A stretch of 64,000 nt of DNA from Candidatus Thorarchaeota archaeon (GTDB lineage: Archaea; Asgardarchaeota; Heimdallarchaeia; Hodarchaeales; Hodarchaeaceae). Each line of letters opens with the position of its first letter. Within the stretch, counting starts at the first letter, position 1. The position numbers and the translations under genes are program-made. The stretch covers positions 15,157 through 79,156 of the forward strand of contig JBHLRO010000003.1 of assembly GCA_048882505.1 (NCBI GenBank), in the 5' to 3' direction. The notes under the pieces were generated by a model. That model had not been told where the DNA came from and ran no database searches. It saw nothing but the letters and a program-made list of their open reading frames with translations. Positions 39,587 through 50,515 of the stretch are shown here, one piece after another.

Positions 39587-39863
39587 CGAATTCAAATTTC
39601 TTTAAACAAACGTATCAAGTATGGTTTTAGTAAATGGAGAATCCGATATCTCTCCTACATCTGCGAATCCTGAAAAAAAACGTAATGTATCCGAATTTGC
39701 CAGTAGAATTATCATTAATTCCATTTTTGGAATCTTAATATACATAAAGAAATAGAATTATCACCAAACCCAAATTAACGTTTGTTATCACACATCCATA
39801 ATATTAGATATGAATTTGAATCGATTAATAATTGCTCTCTGCACATTAGAGGTTTCGTTGCTT

Positions 39864-40547
39864 TTATTTCTGTGTCTTAATGCCAAATGGTACCAATAAT
39901 GGTGTGTGTATCTTATATTCAAGGTAGTTCTCACCAAAGCGAATTTCCAGCTCTTTTTCTTCATAAACTTTTAGAAAAAATATCCAGACCGGTACCACAA
40001 GAGTAAGAACCCACAATAGAAACCCCGCAGATTGGAAAAATAACGCTAAGGAGACTAAAAATAGGAGAATGGCTAAGACCATGGGATTGCGCGTTCGAGC
40101 ATACAACCAATCGCTTACAAGATATCTACTATTAGCAATCAAAGCGAATGGAGCCCCTAATCCTCTTAGTGCCAAATAAACCACTGTAAGCAAAGTGAAA
40201 ACACCGCTTATACTAAGAAGAATAAAACTTATCTCCTTAGGAAATGGTATAATAACTCCCTTCCAACTTTCAGCAGACAAAATAGCTCGTATAATGCCTG
40301 CTCCAAGACAAATCATGATAGAAAAATGAATTGTCATATTTAACCAGAAAGTGTGTTTAGCTGTTGGATATTTATTGAGGATGAATCGCCCTACAGAAGA
40401 AATTGGAGCAACAGCAACCACACCCCCTATTATTATGAATGCGTCAGTCATAAGATCAAATTGCTGGTCGAAAAACCATCTCCAAATTATGAAGACAAGT
40501 ATCAGGCTTAGAAATCGAATTATAGACGAGATTATAGGAGATCTCAT
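39864..40547 (-). CDS. ICMT/PEMT-like membrane methyltransferase paralog
   Basis: RTRNPMVLAILLF...VYEEKELEIRFGENYLEYKIHTP matches the ICMT C-terminal signature; 5-6 TM helices. Confidence 0.55.
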   Translation of the reverse strand: MRSPIISSIIRFLSLILVFIIWRWFFDQQFDLMTDAFIIIGGVVAVAPISSVGRFILNKYPTAKHTFWLNMTIHFSIMICLGAGIIRAILSAESWKGVIIPFPKEISFILLSISGVFTLLTVVYLALRGLGAPFALIANSRYLVSDWLYARTRNPMVLAILLFLVSLALFFQSAGFLLWVLTLVVPVWIFFLKVYEEKELEIRFGENYLEYKIHTPLLVPFGIKTQK

Positions 40548-40613
40548 AATATTTTCCTGAATCTGTCGTTAACCATTTGTTATATCAATACAATGCCGTA
40601 ATTTAGAAAGATA

Positions 40614-41597
40614 TTGGATAGGATCATTATAGTGGGAAAAGATAAGTACTCAAATGTTCGCTATATCAGTTTGTTGTGGCTAAGTTTGGAACAGTCTTAT
40701 GTTTGTGAAGTTTGTGGCGAAAAAAACAGTACTAACTTCTCGTACTGTCGGACCTGTGGGGCTGAACTACTCTTAATGGAGAAGACACTCCAACAATCAC
40801 GGATGCCTAGTACACTAGATATATCAAATTTTGATTCCACTGAAGAGGATTTGATCTTCCCAGATCAAAAGTGCTGGAAATGTGAGAAGACTGTGAATCC
40901 AGATTCCCCGTTTCTGAATTTTTGCTCTGAAACTTGTAGCAACATTTATTCTCCATCTGAACTACAGCCTGAACACGTATATCGAATATACAGAAAGACA
41001 AAGGGCAAACGAGAATATAGGATTAATGATATGGACAATCGAGAATTCATGAGGGCGATAAGTGAAAAGAGAGGACTTACTACCTTTAAAATACAAGATC
41101 AAAATGGATTACCATTAGGAGAGATTAGAAGAGGTGGGACTTCTTCCTCCCGACATAATTACTCCTCGGATTGGCCTTTCGATTTGGATGTTTTAGGACG
41201 GTCAGAGGAGTTTCAGGTACGGGTGAAACGTGATAACACTCTTCCCAGTTGGGGCGAGATAAAAACTCCGTTGAAAACTTACACTGCTAAATTTAATAGA
41301 AAATTAATTGGGGTTAATTATGTTATTGGGCCTTTTAACCAGTCTGTTAGAACAGAAGGAAATATCAATGATTTGGATGGTAATCGTTACCTTACAATTG
41401 TCTGGGAGGATTGGGAAGATTCCCAAACAAAATCTCTATCAGAATTTAAGAATTTAAAATGGTATACTTATCGACTTGATTGCTATAAATTTTCAAGTAA
41501 ATTCCTTACTTTCGCTGTATCAGTGTGTCTTATTGAAAGGTTCATAAGCAACTTTGGAGATTTAGCTGCCGAACGGAAACCCATTCAAGATTTTTGA
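40614..41597 (+). CDS. zinc-ribbon-containing protein, unknown function
   Basis: N-terminal CEVCGEK...CRTCGAEL (C-x2-C...C-x2-C) and second CWKCEK...CSETCS cluster; rest without recognised motif. Confidence 0.4.
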   Translation: MDRIIIVGKDKYSNVRYISLLWLSLEQSYVCEVCGEKNSTNFSYCRTCGAELLLMEKTLQQSRMPSTLDISNFDSTEEDLIFPDQKCWKCEKTVNPDSPFLNFCSETCSNIYSPSELQPEHVYRIYRKTKGKREYRINDMDNREFMRAISEKRGLTTFKIQDQNGLPLGEIRRGGTSSSRHNYSSDWPFDLDVLGRSEEFQVRVKRDNTLPSWGEIKTPLKTYTAKFNRKLIGVNYVIGPFNQSVRTEGNINDLDGNRYLTIVWEDWEDSQTKSLSEFKNLKWYTYRLDCYKFSSKFLTFAVSVCLIERFISNFGDLAAERKPIQDF

Positions 41598-41904
41598 CTT
41601 TATTCCTTCTGCAAATCCCAGATTAACTTTAGAGATTTATCTTCCGATTGGAAATTCCCCTTAGTGTAAACAAGTTTTAAGATAGATAATCGCAAACATA
41701 GTAATGGATAGATGATTTAGCATTAAGGTCTTCAAACGTGGATTATAATTGTTAAAGCTGGCTTTTATGATTTTTAACTAAGCTCATTCATGATACGTAA
41801 AAAAGATAAGATATCTTGAATTTTTCTGTGCAAGTTGGATTTACATTATGGAATCATATCAATTCTTTCTGAATAATATCTTTGGGAACACCTTCCAAGC
41901 CATG

Positions 41905-42474
41905 CTAGACTTCCCAGATTGCAGATAAATTACACTTCAATTCAGAATATCTGTCTCTTAACCGTTCATTCAATGTTTCCATCTCCTCCTTAACAATTAC
42001 AATCCATTTGAGTAATGATTCTAAAATGATCAAATCACGTTTAGCTTTGTCTAATTTTTTGGATTCTGAACTTAAGGTGCTTTTCCAGTGATCCCTAATA
42101 TTGATTAGCATATCATGTCTGTCAGGTAGGTTTTTGCTAAAATTAGTTAATTGATTGGTGAGTAATTCTAAAAATGTAGTTGGTTCGACATTATACTCCC
42201 ATTCTAAAGAGCCAGGTTGGCGTTTTCTTCTGATTAAACCTAGATTTTCCAATTCTTTTACAATTCTACTGATAGTAGAGGGGTTAACTTTAAATTTCTT
42301 AATAAGACTTCTTTGGGTGATAATCTTTTTAGAGGTGTTAATAACACACAATCCATAGATACGACCTAGTAGAGGAGAATTACCACTGTCATACATGACA
42401 TCTTCGAAGAAATTCATCATTTCTTCCTCAATATTTAAAATTTCATCAAAATTACCCTTACTTCGTGCATTCAA
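41905..42474 (-). CDS. wHTH transcriptional regulator (MarR/GbsR-like, tentative)
   Basis: IYGLCVINTSKKIITQRSLIKKFKVNPSTISRIVKELENLGLIRRKR resembles a winged HTH; C-terminal coiled segment. Confidence 0.4.
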   Translation of the reverse strand: MNARSKGNFDEILNIEEEMMNFFEDVMYDSGNSPLLGRIYGLCVINTSKKIITQRSLIKKFKVNPSTISRIVKELENLGLIRRKRQPGSLEWEYNVEPTTFLELLTNQLTNFSKNLPDRHDMLINIRDHWKSTLSSESKKLDKAKRDLIILESLLKWIVIVKEEMETLNERLRDRYSELKCNLSAIWEV

Positions 42475-42599
42475 GGCATTTCACACGTTGAAAAATTTCT
42501 TTCCAATAGAAATATAAATTTATTGCAATTACTGGGAATTGAGGTTCTTGCAAGAATCTTGCAAAAACAAGGAATTGCAAAAAAATTTCTTGGTGATAA

Positions 42600-42869
42600 A
42601 TGATGGAAAATGTGCTGTTAAAATCTGAAGATAAAAGATCCCGTTCTGAAATTGTTACATTCCTGAACGAAATCGCAATGAAAATTGATAGTGGTATGGT
42701 TAAGTTAGTACAGGGAGAACAGAGCTTAGAACTAGAAATTCCAGAGAATCTGACCCTTGAAATCAAAGTTGAAGAAAAAATAAAACCTAACCATCCTAAA
42801 AAGATGCAATTAGAAATTGAATTAGAATGGTATGAAGGAGACAAGCGCGAATCTATACAACTTGGATGA
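42600..42869 (+). CDS. small acidic protein, amphi-Trp-like (tentative)
   Basis: 89 aa; alternating EIxLEI pattern ending LEIELEWYEGD; divergent from HTH gene 41905..42474. Confidence 0.3.
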   Translation: MMENVLLKSEDKRSRSEIVTFLNEIAMKIDSGMVKLVQGEQSLELEIPENLTLEIKVEEKIKPNHPKKMQLEIELEWYEGDKRESIQLG

Positions 42870-43401
42870 ATTTATTTTATGCGTATCAGCATTCTAATTG
42901 AAGAATTAAGGCAGGACATAAACAATCGGTCTAGACTCACAAAAAGTATAACCGATGTTTCAATTTTCCTCCCTTTAATCTTTTTTTAATACCTCAAGTA
43001 AGGTTTTTTTCACATATTATGTTACTTCCAAACGTCTTCAAACAGTAATTTTACGACATGATGCATTAAAAACTGAGACTATATTATTGGTCTTCTTCAA
43101 TTCTATTTGATAATGCATTTTTTAGCATGGAAACTGGTTAATCTCGAGGGATAAGTAAAATATTACCTAAAAACTCGAAATTTTATTAGGAGACAAGATA
43201 ACGTTCCTGCTAGGAGATTTCACGAAAAAATTTTAGGTTAATTAGATTTTCTTATTCATTAATATCGCTTGGATGTGATTTGAGCTGAAAGAAGTAACAA
43301 AAAGTGAAGAAAAGACGGTAGAAGCGAATAATATAAACATCACTTACGATACATTCGGAAATCCAAGTAATCCAGCATTATTACTCATAGGGGGGTTAGG
43401 G

Positions 43402-44187
43402 ATGCAAATGATTGGCTGGAGTGAAGATTTTTGCAAAGGGATCGCTGCAAAAGGTTTTTGGGTAATTCGATTCGATAATCGAGATGTTGGTTTATCGACA
43501 AAGTTTGATGAAGCGGGAATTCCAGATCTAAATCTAGTAATGCAGCAAGTAATGCAGGGTGAAGTACCAGAAGTTCCTTATACCCTTCTTGATATGGCTA
43601 AAGACGCAATAGGCCTATTAGATACTCTAAAGATCGACTCAGCACATCTTGTTGGAGCATCGATGGGAGGAGCGATTGCTCAAACACTCGCCATACACTT
43701 TCCTGAACGGGTTAAAACACTAACCTCAATTATGTCCACGACTGGGAATTCCGAGCTACCTCAACCTGATCCTGAAGCATTTGCGATCCTGTCAACTACT
43801 CCTCCATCTAATCGGGAAGAATATATTGAATATGGTGTGAAAATTTGGGATTTGCTCAATGGACCTGTCTATCCGTTGGATCATGATATGGTTCGAAAGA
43901 GAATGGCGACTACATTCGACAGATCTTACCATCCTTGGGGGAGCGGCAGACAGGCAGCGGCAAGATTCGCTATGGGGAGTTGGAAAGAAGAATTGAAGAA
44001 AGTAGACACACCTTCGCTTATTATTCACGGGGATATCGATCCACTAGTCCCCGTTGAAGGTGGAAAGGAAACTGCAGCAATGATCCCGAATTCGAAATTA
44101 CTAATCATTGAAGGAATGGGTCACAACATTCCACCTCAAGTTGCACCGCGGATAATTGAAGCAATTTCGAATCATGCATCAAATTGA
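43402..44187 (+). CDS. alpha/beta-fold hydrolase
   Basis: Nucleophile elbow GASMGG, downstream Asp and His (GMGHNIPPQ). Homologous N-terminal sequence (NITYDTFGNPSNPALLLIGGLG) continues in frame upstream to about 43279 without ATG/GTG/TTG, so the true N-terminus is uncertain. Confidence 0.65.
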   Translation: MQMIGWSEDFCKGIAAKGFWVIRFDNRDVGLSTKFDEAGIPDLNLVMQQVMQGEVPEVPYTLLDMAKDAIGLLDTLKIDSAHLVGASMGGAIAQTLAIHFPERVKTLTSIMSTTGNSELPQPDPEAFAILSTTPPSNREEYIEYGVKIWDLLNGPVYPLDHDMVRKRMATTFDRSYHPWGSGRQAAARFAMGSWKEELKKVDTPSLIIHGDIDPLVPVEGGKETAAMIPNSKLLIIEGMGHNIPPQVAPRIIEAISNHASN

Positions 44188-44410
44188 TTTTCGCATCCTC
44201 CAGCTGACTAAAAAGAAGGAAGTTAGTTTAATGCCGAGCTGGTGAAGGTTACTAGGTCAGTTCGTAGTTTAGCTAGGGAGAGTTAATGGATATTCATCAT
44301 ATGCCCAGCATGATAATACGTTAAGGAAATATTTCCACGTAGGCTAGAATCTAGTCCCAAATGATTTAATGTATATTCAGTTCTGAAAAACGGAGTTGCC
44401 AAATCAAAAA

Positions 44411-45289
44411 CTATGAACCGCTTAATCTTTTTATTCTTTCTATTCGTTCAGGTTCATTATTCACAAACCATTTATCTCGAGAAAGTAGTTCATACGCTAG
44501 TTTGAAATGCTCTTGAGCCAGTTTGTCTTCCTTTTTCAATAAATACAGCTCTCCAAGTTCCTCATGGTTATATCCACCCTTCCCAAGTCCGTTTTCCTCA
44601 CGATGTCTGTCAACCTCCAATTGAACTTCTAATGCCCTATCTATGTTTTTAAGTGATCTATAAACCCTGGCAACACACCACATAGCTATTGCAATTGTAC
44701 CTGGATTCCCTTGGATTCTTCGGAATTCCAAAGCTTTTTGGAACAGTTCAAGGGCTTTTTCGTACTCCTTTAGATCATGAAAACTCCATCCAGTATTATT
44801 TAATAATGATCCAAGCCAATTTCTAGTGCCCTCGTCTTTACTCTCCTCTGCAACCTTTATGGCCTTCTCATTCCATTCTATTTGCTTGATTGGATCTTTT
44901 TCAACTATTGCCATCATATGGAGGGCGTCTACTTCCAAAAATTCCTCTTTAAAATTCCTTGCCAAGTGTACAGCCTTTTCAAAACAGTTTTTGGCTTTTT
45001 CAAAGTCTTTACTAGAATTATATGTTCTCCCCCTCTCTAAGTAATATCGTACTCTAACTTTGGCGGAAATATCATGGTTTAAAACCTCTTCCACTTCATC
45101 AAGTATCCCATGTGCTTCATCGAAGTTATATTCCAAACCAAATGTTCGTGCGATTTGAGTCTGAATTTCATATACGATATTAAAGGCCTGGGAATCCCGA
45201 GCATGTTCTAGATGGACAAGAAATTTCTGTCGGGTTTGACCTGGTTCAGAGAAATTCCAATCCTTGATAAAATCATGATAGGGGCTCAT
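44411..45289 (-). CDS. TPR-repeat protein
   Basis: 292 aa; repeated A-x3-F-x2-A and W-x2-LG-x2-Y helical hairpin units. Confidence 0.6.
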   Translation of the reverse strand: MSPYHDFIKDWNFSEPGQTRQKFLVHLEHARDSQAFNIVYEIQTQIARTFGLEYNFDEAHGILDEVEEVLNHDISAKVRVRYYLERGRTYNSSKDFEKAKNCFEKAVHLARNFKEEFLEVDALHMMAIVEKDPIKQIEWNEKAIKVAEESKDEGTRNWLGSLLNNTGWSFHDLKEYEKALELFQKALEFRRIQGNPGTIAIAMWCVARVYRSLKNIDRALEVQLEVDRHREENGLGKGGYNHEELGELYLLKKEDKLAQEHFKLAYELLSRDKWFVNNEPERIERIKRLSGS

Positions 45290-45754
45290 TTCGTATCAAA
45301 AAAGCTATTTCATCAGGAGGAGTAAAGACCATTGAAACGAAGAAATTAGATGCGATTCAAGTAGTCCTTGGTGAGGGTATTTTTCACTTGAAGGATTGGC
45401 CAGAAATATCGGAAATTATCAGTTTTACAGCTGTTTAAATACAAAATGAATCGCAACCAACCATTCATCCAGATTCCTCTACCTTTTGATTTCCTTGGAA
45501 AACGTCAGCAAAGGATTAATCCAATGAAGTTGATTAAAGTGGAAAGCCAGAATATGGAAGCAAACAAGGTAAAAGCGGTCGTTTACTCTGAATATGGGAT
45601 TCCGGAGGTCCTTAGCTTGACGTAGGTAGAAAAATTCATAAACGTTTTAGAGTTGAAGAGATAGTGAATGCCCATAGGAATCGAGGAAGGACATAAAAGG
45701 GGGCATATCGTAATCCAAGGCTTCTATGGGTAATAATATGAAGGTCTTTGGAAA

Positions 45755-46063
45755 ATGGAAGATGCAAGAATAATACTGTCGGGATTATGGATCTCGGTTA
45801 TGTTGGTCTATCTGTTTGGAGATGTAATGCGACTATATGCTGGCGATTTCACCCCTGGAGAAATTGATGGCAAACCTTTGAGCCGAGGAATGTTGATAGC
45901 AATGGCAATAATCATGTTACCCCCAATTTTTATGGTTTTCCTATCCTTGACCTTGGATTATGCTGTGAATCGATGGGCAAATATCATTATAGCCGCGTTC
46001 TATTTTTCTTCAATCTTGTGGGTCTTCGTACATATCCAGGTGCTTATGATAGATTTTTGTTGA
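45755..46063 (+). CDS. small membrane protein, paralog of 34200..34565
   Basis: See 34200..34565; shared GDxxxxxAGDFxPGEIDGKPL and LDYxxxRWANII motifs. Confidence 0.45.
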   Translation: MEDARIILSGLWISVMLVYLFGDVMRLYAGDFTPGEIDGKPLSRGMLIAMAIIMLPPIFMVFLSLTLDYAVNRWANIIIAAFYFSSILWVFVHIQVLMIDFC

Positions 46064-46499
46064 TTATTTCTCTGGGATTTAACATAATAACTGTTTGGTG
46101 TGCATGGAGCTGGGTTTAATGTCCTCAAAGTTCTGTAAAATCTAGATACAATTGAGTCCGACATGACTCCATAGCCTTTTTTGCCAATTTACTCATTTAG
46201 GCTCACGAAATTGGGAAAAAAGATTAAACTAGCAAAGCGGACACTTCAATCGGAAGCTAATAGATAAAATCGTGCCCAGTTGAGCCCGTTGAGCGTAGAT
46301 AATACAGTTGTCCAAATTTCTGACCCTATAAGAGACTTCTATAAAAGGAAAAAGGAGAATAGCAGAGAGGGGTTGATTTCTGGTTTGCGTCAAGCTTTCG
46401 CTCCAAAGACCGAAAAATTGTGCGCGTTGAATTCTGTCGACCTTTATCTGGCATAGGGGGAATTCCTGGGATAAACCTGCTCAACTAACCGAAAAGCGA

Positions 46500-48062
46500 T
46501 CATTTCTTTTCCCAGCCCTCCACTATCTGCTGGGCCGAACTAACATATTTTTCCAGTTCCTCCTCAGTTCTATAAAGTTTCTTTAGAATCATTCTTTCAA
46601 ACATGGTACTAAACTGTGTAAGCTCAATTCGATCACTTAACGAGGGTTCCATGTCTGAGATTTTGTTCCATTTGTCAAGATTCCGACTTAATGCCTTTTT
46701 TTCCAGCGAAATTGCGTAAGTAAGCTTTTTCAAGCCTTTTTCCTGAGAGAGGACTTCAGCCTGTGTTAAAAGTTTCTCTGCATTCTCAATATCCAATTCA
46801 AGTAATGCTAGACGTGATTGAAGTAAATAAATTTCCGCTAATAGCCAGTACGACGATTGTGACTTTGCCACCGTTAATAAACGCGTGATTACCTGTTTTA
46901 ATTCTTTGAAAACTTCTTCATTCCCTGTTGCCTTTAATTCAAAAACCAATAGCTCTCCTAGGTTTAAGAGAGCGTCTATAGTTAATTCATACCAGATTAT
47001 CGATTCTTCAGCAACCTGTCGAAAAATAATTTGAGCTTCCGTCTTATCCGTAAGTCTCCCACTCGTCTTGAAGATCATTGCCCTAGCAAGACGCACCTTT
47101 TGTTCACTAACAGCAATAAACCTTTTTTTCAACGATTCTTGCATTTCCTTGTGTATTTCCTCCCTCTCGTCGGAAGTTAGGTCTTTTACGTAGTACTTGA
47201 TGGTGTTATACAAAATTTCGACTCTCATTGCATATTCTTGGATGTTTCTAGATACCTGAAGGGCTTCTTCCAGGTATTTTCTTCCCGAATCAAAATCTCC
47301 CTTCATACTATAGGCCTGGCCTATATTGTTGAGCAATCGGCTTACGTTGAATTGAGAACCTATGGATTCAAATGCTCTTAAGCTCCTGGTAAAAAATTCC
47401 AACGCTGCATTCAATTCCCCTCTTGCGACATTAGTTGCTCCGATTCCATTTAGAATATCCGCTGGAATCTGCTGGTTGTCAACCGCATCTAGGAGAGGTA
47501 GACTATGTCTAAAGTAGTTAAGGGCTTGATCAAGCTCGCCCTTACTCAAATATAAATAACCTAAGCTACCGAGACATCTAACCTTCTGTTCTACGTCGTT
47601 GATTTGTTTGCTAAGACCAAAGGCCTTCTCATAATATTTAAGTGCAGAATCAGGGTTACTGGCCAAATAGTATAATCTTCCGATCTGGTAATAGAAACTG
47701 GCCTTCATTCGAAGAGTTTCAAGTTTCTGTCCTTCCAATAGACAACTAATAATCTTCTCCTCCTCACTCGCTAGATTTAGCGCCTCTGAAACGTTACCAT
47801 CTAAACGATGGGCGAGAATGAGATTGTTAAGTGCATCAAATTCCCTTGCTTTATTACTGACCCTCCTACTTTTTTCTAGTAGCTCAGTTGCGAGTTTTTT
47901 TCCTATCCCAGTTTCTCCTAAACGAAGATAAAGGGTACTTCGGAGAAATAGGGCCAAAAGTTTATCGTTTTCCCCTAAGATATTATCCAGTTGGCTGAGA
48001 GCGGTATCAAACTTTTCAAGGAGGCTGATTTCCTCTTTCTGATGAAAATAATGCTCAAACAA
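46500..48062 (-). CDS. large TPR-repeat protein
   Basis: 520 aa; at least 6 TPR-like units (for example GSLGYLYLSKGELDQALNYF, NGIGATNVARGELNAALEFF, NNIGQAYSMKGDFDSGRKYL). Confidence 0.65.
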   Translation of the reverse strand: MFEHYFHQKEEISLLEKFDTALSQLDNILGENDKLLALFLRSTLYLRLGETGIGKKLATELLEKSRRVSNKAREFDALNNLILAHRLDGNVSEALNLASEEEKIISCLLEGQKLETLRMKASFYYQIGRLYYLASNPDSALKYYEKAFGLSKQINDVEQKVRCLGSLGYLYLSKGELDQALNYFRHSLPLLDAVDNQQIPADILNGIGATNVARGELNAALEFFTRSLRAFESIGSQFNVSRLLNNIGQAYSMKGDFDSGRKYLEEALQVSRNIQEYAMRVEILYNTIKYYVKDLTSDEREEIHKEMQESLKKRFIAVSEQKVRLARAMIFKTSGRLTDKTEAQIIFRQVAEESIIWYELTIDALLNLGELLVFELKATGNEEVFKELKQVITRLLTVAKSQSSYWLLAEIYLLQSRLALLELDIENAEKLLTQAEVLSQEKGLKKLTYAISLEKKALSRNLDKWNKISDMEPSLSDRIELTQFSTMFERMILKKLYRTEEELEKYVSSAQQIVEGWEKK

Positions 48063-48283
48063 GGCTTCAATCCTCTCTTTACGGTGTTTTAAGTTTCCAA
48101 GCCTTCACGGTAACGAACGAGAGATTTCCTAAAACTTCAAGTTTACATTTGAATATTAGCCTGAGGATATGATATAAACTATTCACGTAGGGGAATCAGG
48201 ATTTTTGGGTCCATATGAGTTTCGATTAATCTTCCCAATCCCAACATCTACTATCATCTTTTATCCATTTTTCGCTTAAGATA

Positions 48284-49099
48284 TTACGATTTGTTGAACA
48301 CACGATTTAAACACTTGATTTTGTTAAGTAATGACTCAGGAATGTTTGGATTCGAAAAACTGAGGTTTAACAAGTCTTTAAGCGCGCATCGAAACTGCTC
48401 AACAAAGTCTTCAGAACTGGAATCCACGGAAGCGAATTCCTCAAGAGCTGAAGGGAGTAACCTGCAATTGGTCTCATTTAAAAACGCCATCGTTTGATTG
48501 AGATTTGCCTCTAGGGCCTGGTACTCAGTTGGATAAAAATTTCCCATATAATCGGTATCACAATAGTAGAGGAACCCGATCTCCGACTTCAACCAGTGAT
48601 TATGGTTGTAGTCAAGAAGAATCCTGGACTTCGAAGCGAGATTTACAATATCCAAAAGATTTACAATATCCACTTTTTCAGAGAATTCACAAACAGGATA
48701 AAATAGAAATTGTTGAAGAGTAATAAAGTATTTCTCGGTATTAATGAATAGAGTGGGAGGATAATGATCGCCTAGGGTGGTGATAAGTTGTTCTATCCTT
48801 TGTTTTTGATATGCGGGGAGATTTAGGCCAAGGGTTTGGGACGGGTCCGGCTGAAGACTGCAACGCATTGCATAATGAGCGCACATATCATGGAACGGGG
48901 CCTCAAGGACAGTAACAGCCTTTACCAATCCATAATCGGGACGTGTGACCCTATAAAAGGAGTAGATTCTATGAAGCACATTTAGCGGCGAAAAAAAATC
49001 ATCTAGTAAGGCAATTACTTCTTTTTGGTCTATATCGGCATTGAAGGGCCATTGGTGCTTGGTAATCTCAACAGGAAAACCAAACATCTCTGGGTGCAT
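48284..49099 (-). CDS. hypothetical protein
   Basis: 271 aa, no family recognised; contains an in-frame 18-bp tandem duplication (VDIVNLLDIVNL). Confidence 0.4.
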   Translation of the reverse strand: MHPEMFGFPVEITKHQWPFNADIDQKEVIALLDDFFSPLNVLHRIYSFYRVTRPDYGLVKAVTVLEAPFHDMCAHYAMRCSLQPDPSQTLGLNLPAYQKQRIEQLITTLGDHYPPTLFINTEKYFITLQQFLFYPVCEFSEKVDIVNLLDIVNLASKSRILLDYNHNHWLKSEIGFLYYCDTDYMGNFYPTEYQALEANLNQTMAFLNETNCRLLPSALEEFASVDSSSEDFVEQFRCALKDLLNLSFSNPNIPESLLNKIKCLNRVFNKS

Positions 49100-49526
49100 T
49101 TACAAGACCGGATTATAATAGTATTTAAGAAAGTACTCGATTATACTGTTATATCTTGAGTCTTTTTTTCTTTGATTAATATTCGACCCAGAAAATTGGG
49201 GATGAATTATTAAGAAATTGTCCCCGTGGGAATTTAATTCTCATACTGAGGAAGGAGCCGTCAGTTATCATCATTACTTGTTCCATTACATTGGACATAA
49301 CTTGCATCGTTAAATACATTGAAATGATTAACATATTGCGTTAAATTCTAATTTCTACCGACCATGGATAGCCTTGGCTATTCAAGATGGCATCTTGTTA
49401 AATATATGTCGAAGAAAACTGATTCCTGTATCACATGTTTTATTCATGATGGTTGGTAAGGTTCATAAGTGAAATATTCCTCATTGAATTTTTTAAAGTG
49501 GACCAAATACACTTGTTCGGTTCTTA

Positions 49527-50429
49527 TTGGAAAGGGTACCAATCAACTTAGGTGACGGAAATTTAGTTTTAAAGGAAGTCGATTCCCTGAAAAGTCTCGC
49601 TATCCTGTCTCATAAGGGCGGTGTTGGAAAAACAAGTATTGCTGTTAACTTAGGTTGCCATCTCGCCAAAATTGGAAAAAATGTCATCATTCTTGATAAC
49701 GATTTTTCTGGGCCATCGCTAGTAACTTTTTTTCAAAAGAATACCTCCGTAAATTGGTTAAACGATTATTTAATGACAGGAGAAAATCTAGATCTTTGTC
49801 TTCAAGATGTATCACCCTCATTGGACTTATCAGGTAGGCTGTATGTCGGTTTTGCTGATCCAACTCCCGAACGGATTCAAACCATTATTCGAATTGATCA
49901 AAAAACCTCCATTGCAATGTTAAGACATCTAATCACCCTAAAAAAGGCCGTCCGATCTCCGCCATACGATATTGACTACTTAATTGTAGATTGTTCTCCA
50001 GGGACAGGGTATAGCACAGTAAATGTCATATTGACCACAGATTCAAGCTTATTTATTGTCAAATTAAGTAATGCTGACCTTTATGGCACATCTCAAATGA
50101 TTTCGGGGCTTTACACACAATTGAAGAACCGGACCCTGGTTCTTGCCAATCTAATACCAAGTAACGTGCTAGTTTCAGGAAACTTATCCCTTATTGAACA
50201 ACTGATTGAGAAACGATTTACTCAAGAGGTTGGTGACAAAGTTGTGGAGTTTTTAGGTTGGATTCCGACAGATCTAGAACTTCAAACAGTTGAATTTAAT
50301 GAAGCGGTGAAGAGCCTTAAGGAACAACCTTCTCAAAGAAATATTTTCACGTTGCATAATCCTTCACACATCTTTTCAAGAATTCTGATTGATTTAATTC
50401 CGACACTATTTGGAGAGGAAGGCTACTGA
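49527..50429 (+). CDS. ParA/MinD-family P-loop ATPase
   Basis: Deviant Walker A SHKGGVGKTS, Walker B-like LIVDCSP; 300 aa; start codon non-ATG in track. Confidence 0.7.
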   Translation: MERVPINLGDGNLVLKEVDSLKSLAILSHKGGVGKTSIAVNLGCHLAKIGKNVIILDNDFSGPSLVTFFQKNTSVNWLNDYLMTGENLDLCLQDVSPSLDLSGRLYVGFADPTPERIQTIIRIDQKTSIAMLRHLITLKKAVRSPPYDIDYLIVDCSPGTGYSTVNVILTTDSSLFIVKLSNADLYGTSQMISGLYTQLKNRTLVLANLIPSNVLVSGNLSLIEQLIEKRFTQEVGDKVVEFLGWIPTDLELQTVEFNEAVKSLKEQPSQRNIFTLHNPSHIFSRILIDLIPTLFGEEGY

Positions 50430-50515
50430 TCGTTTATGCAGTCTATTTTATTCTGGAAGACGGTAGAACCATCCTTTCCGAAACTTACCAGAATCCTGAT
50501 AATATACCGAATGAG

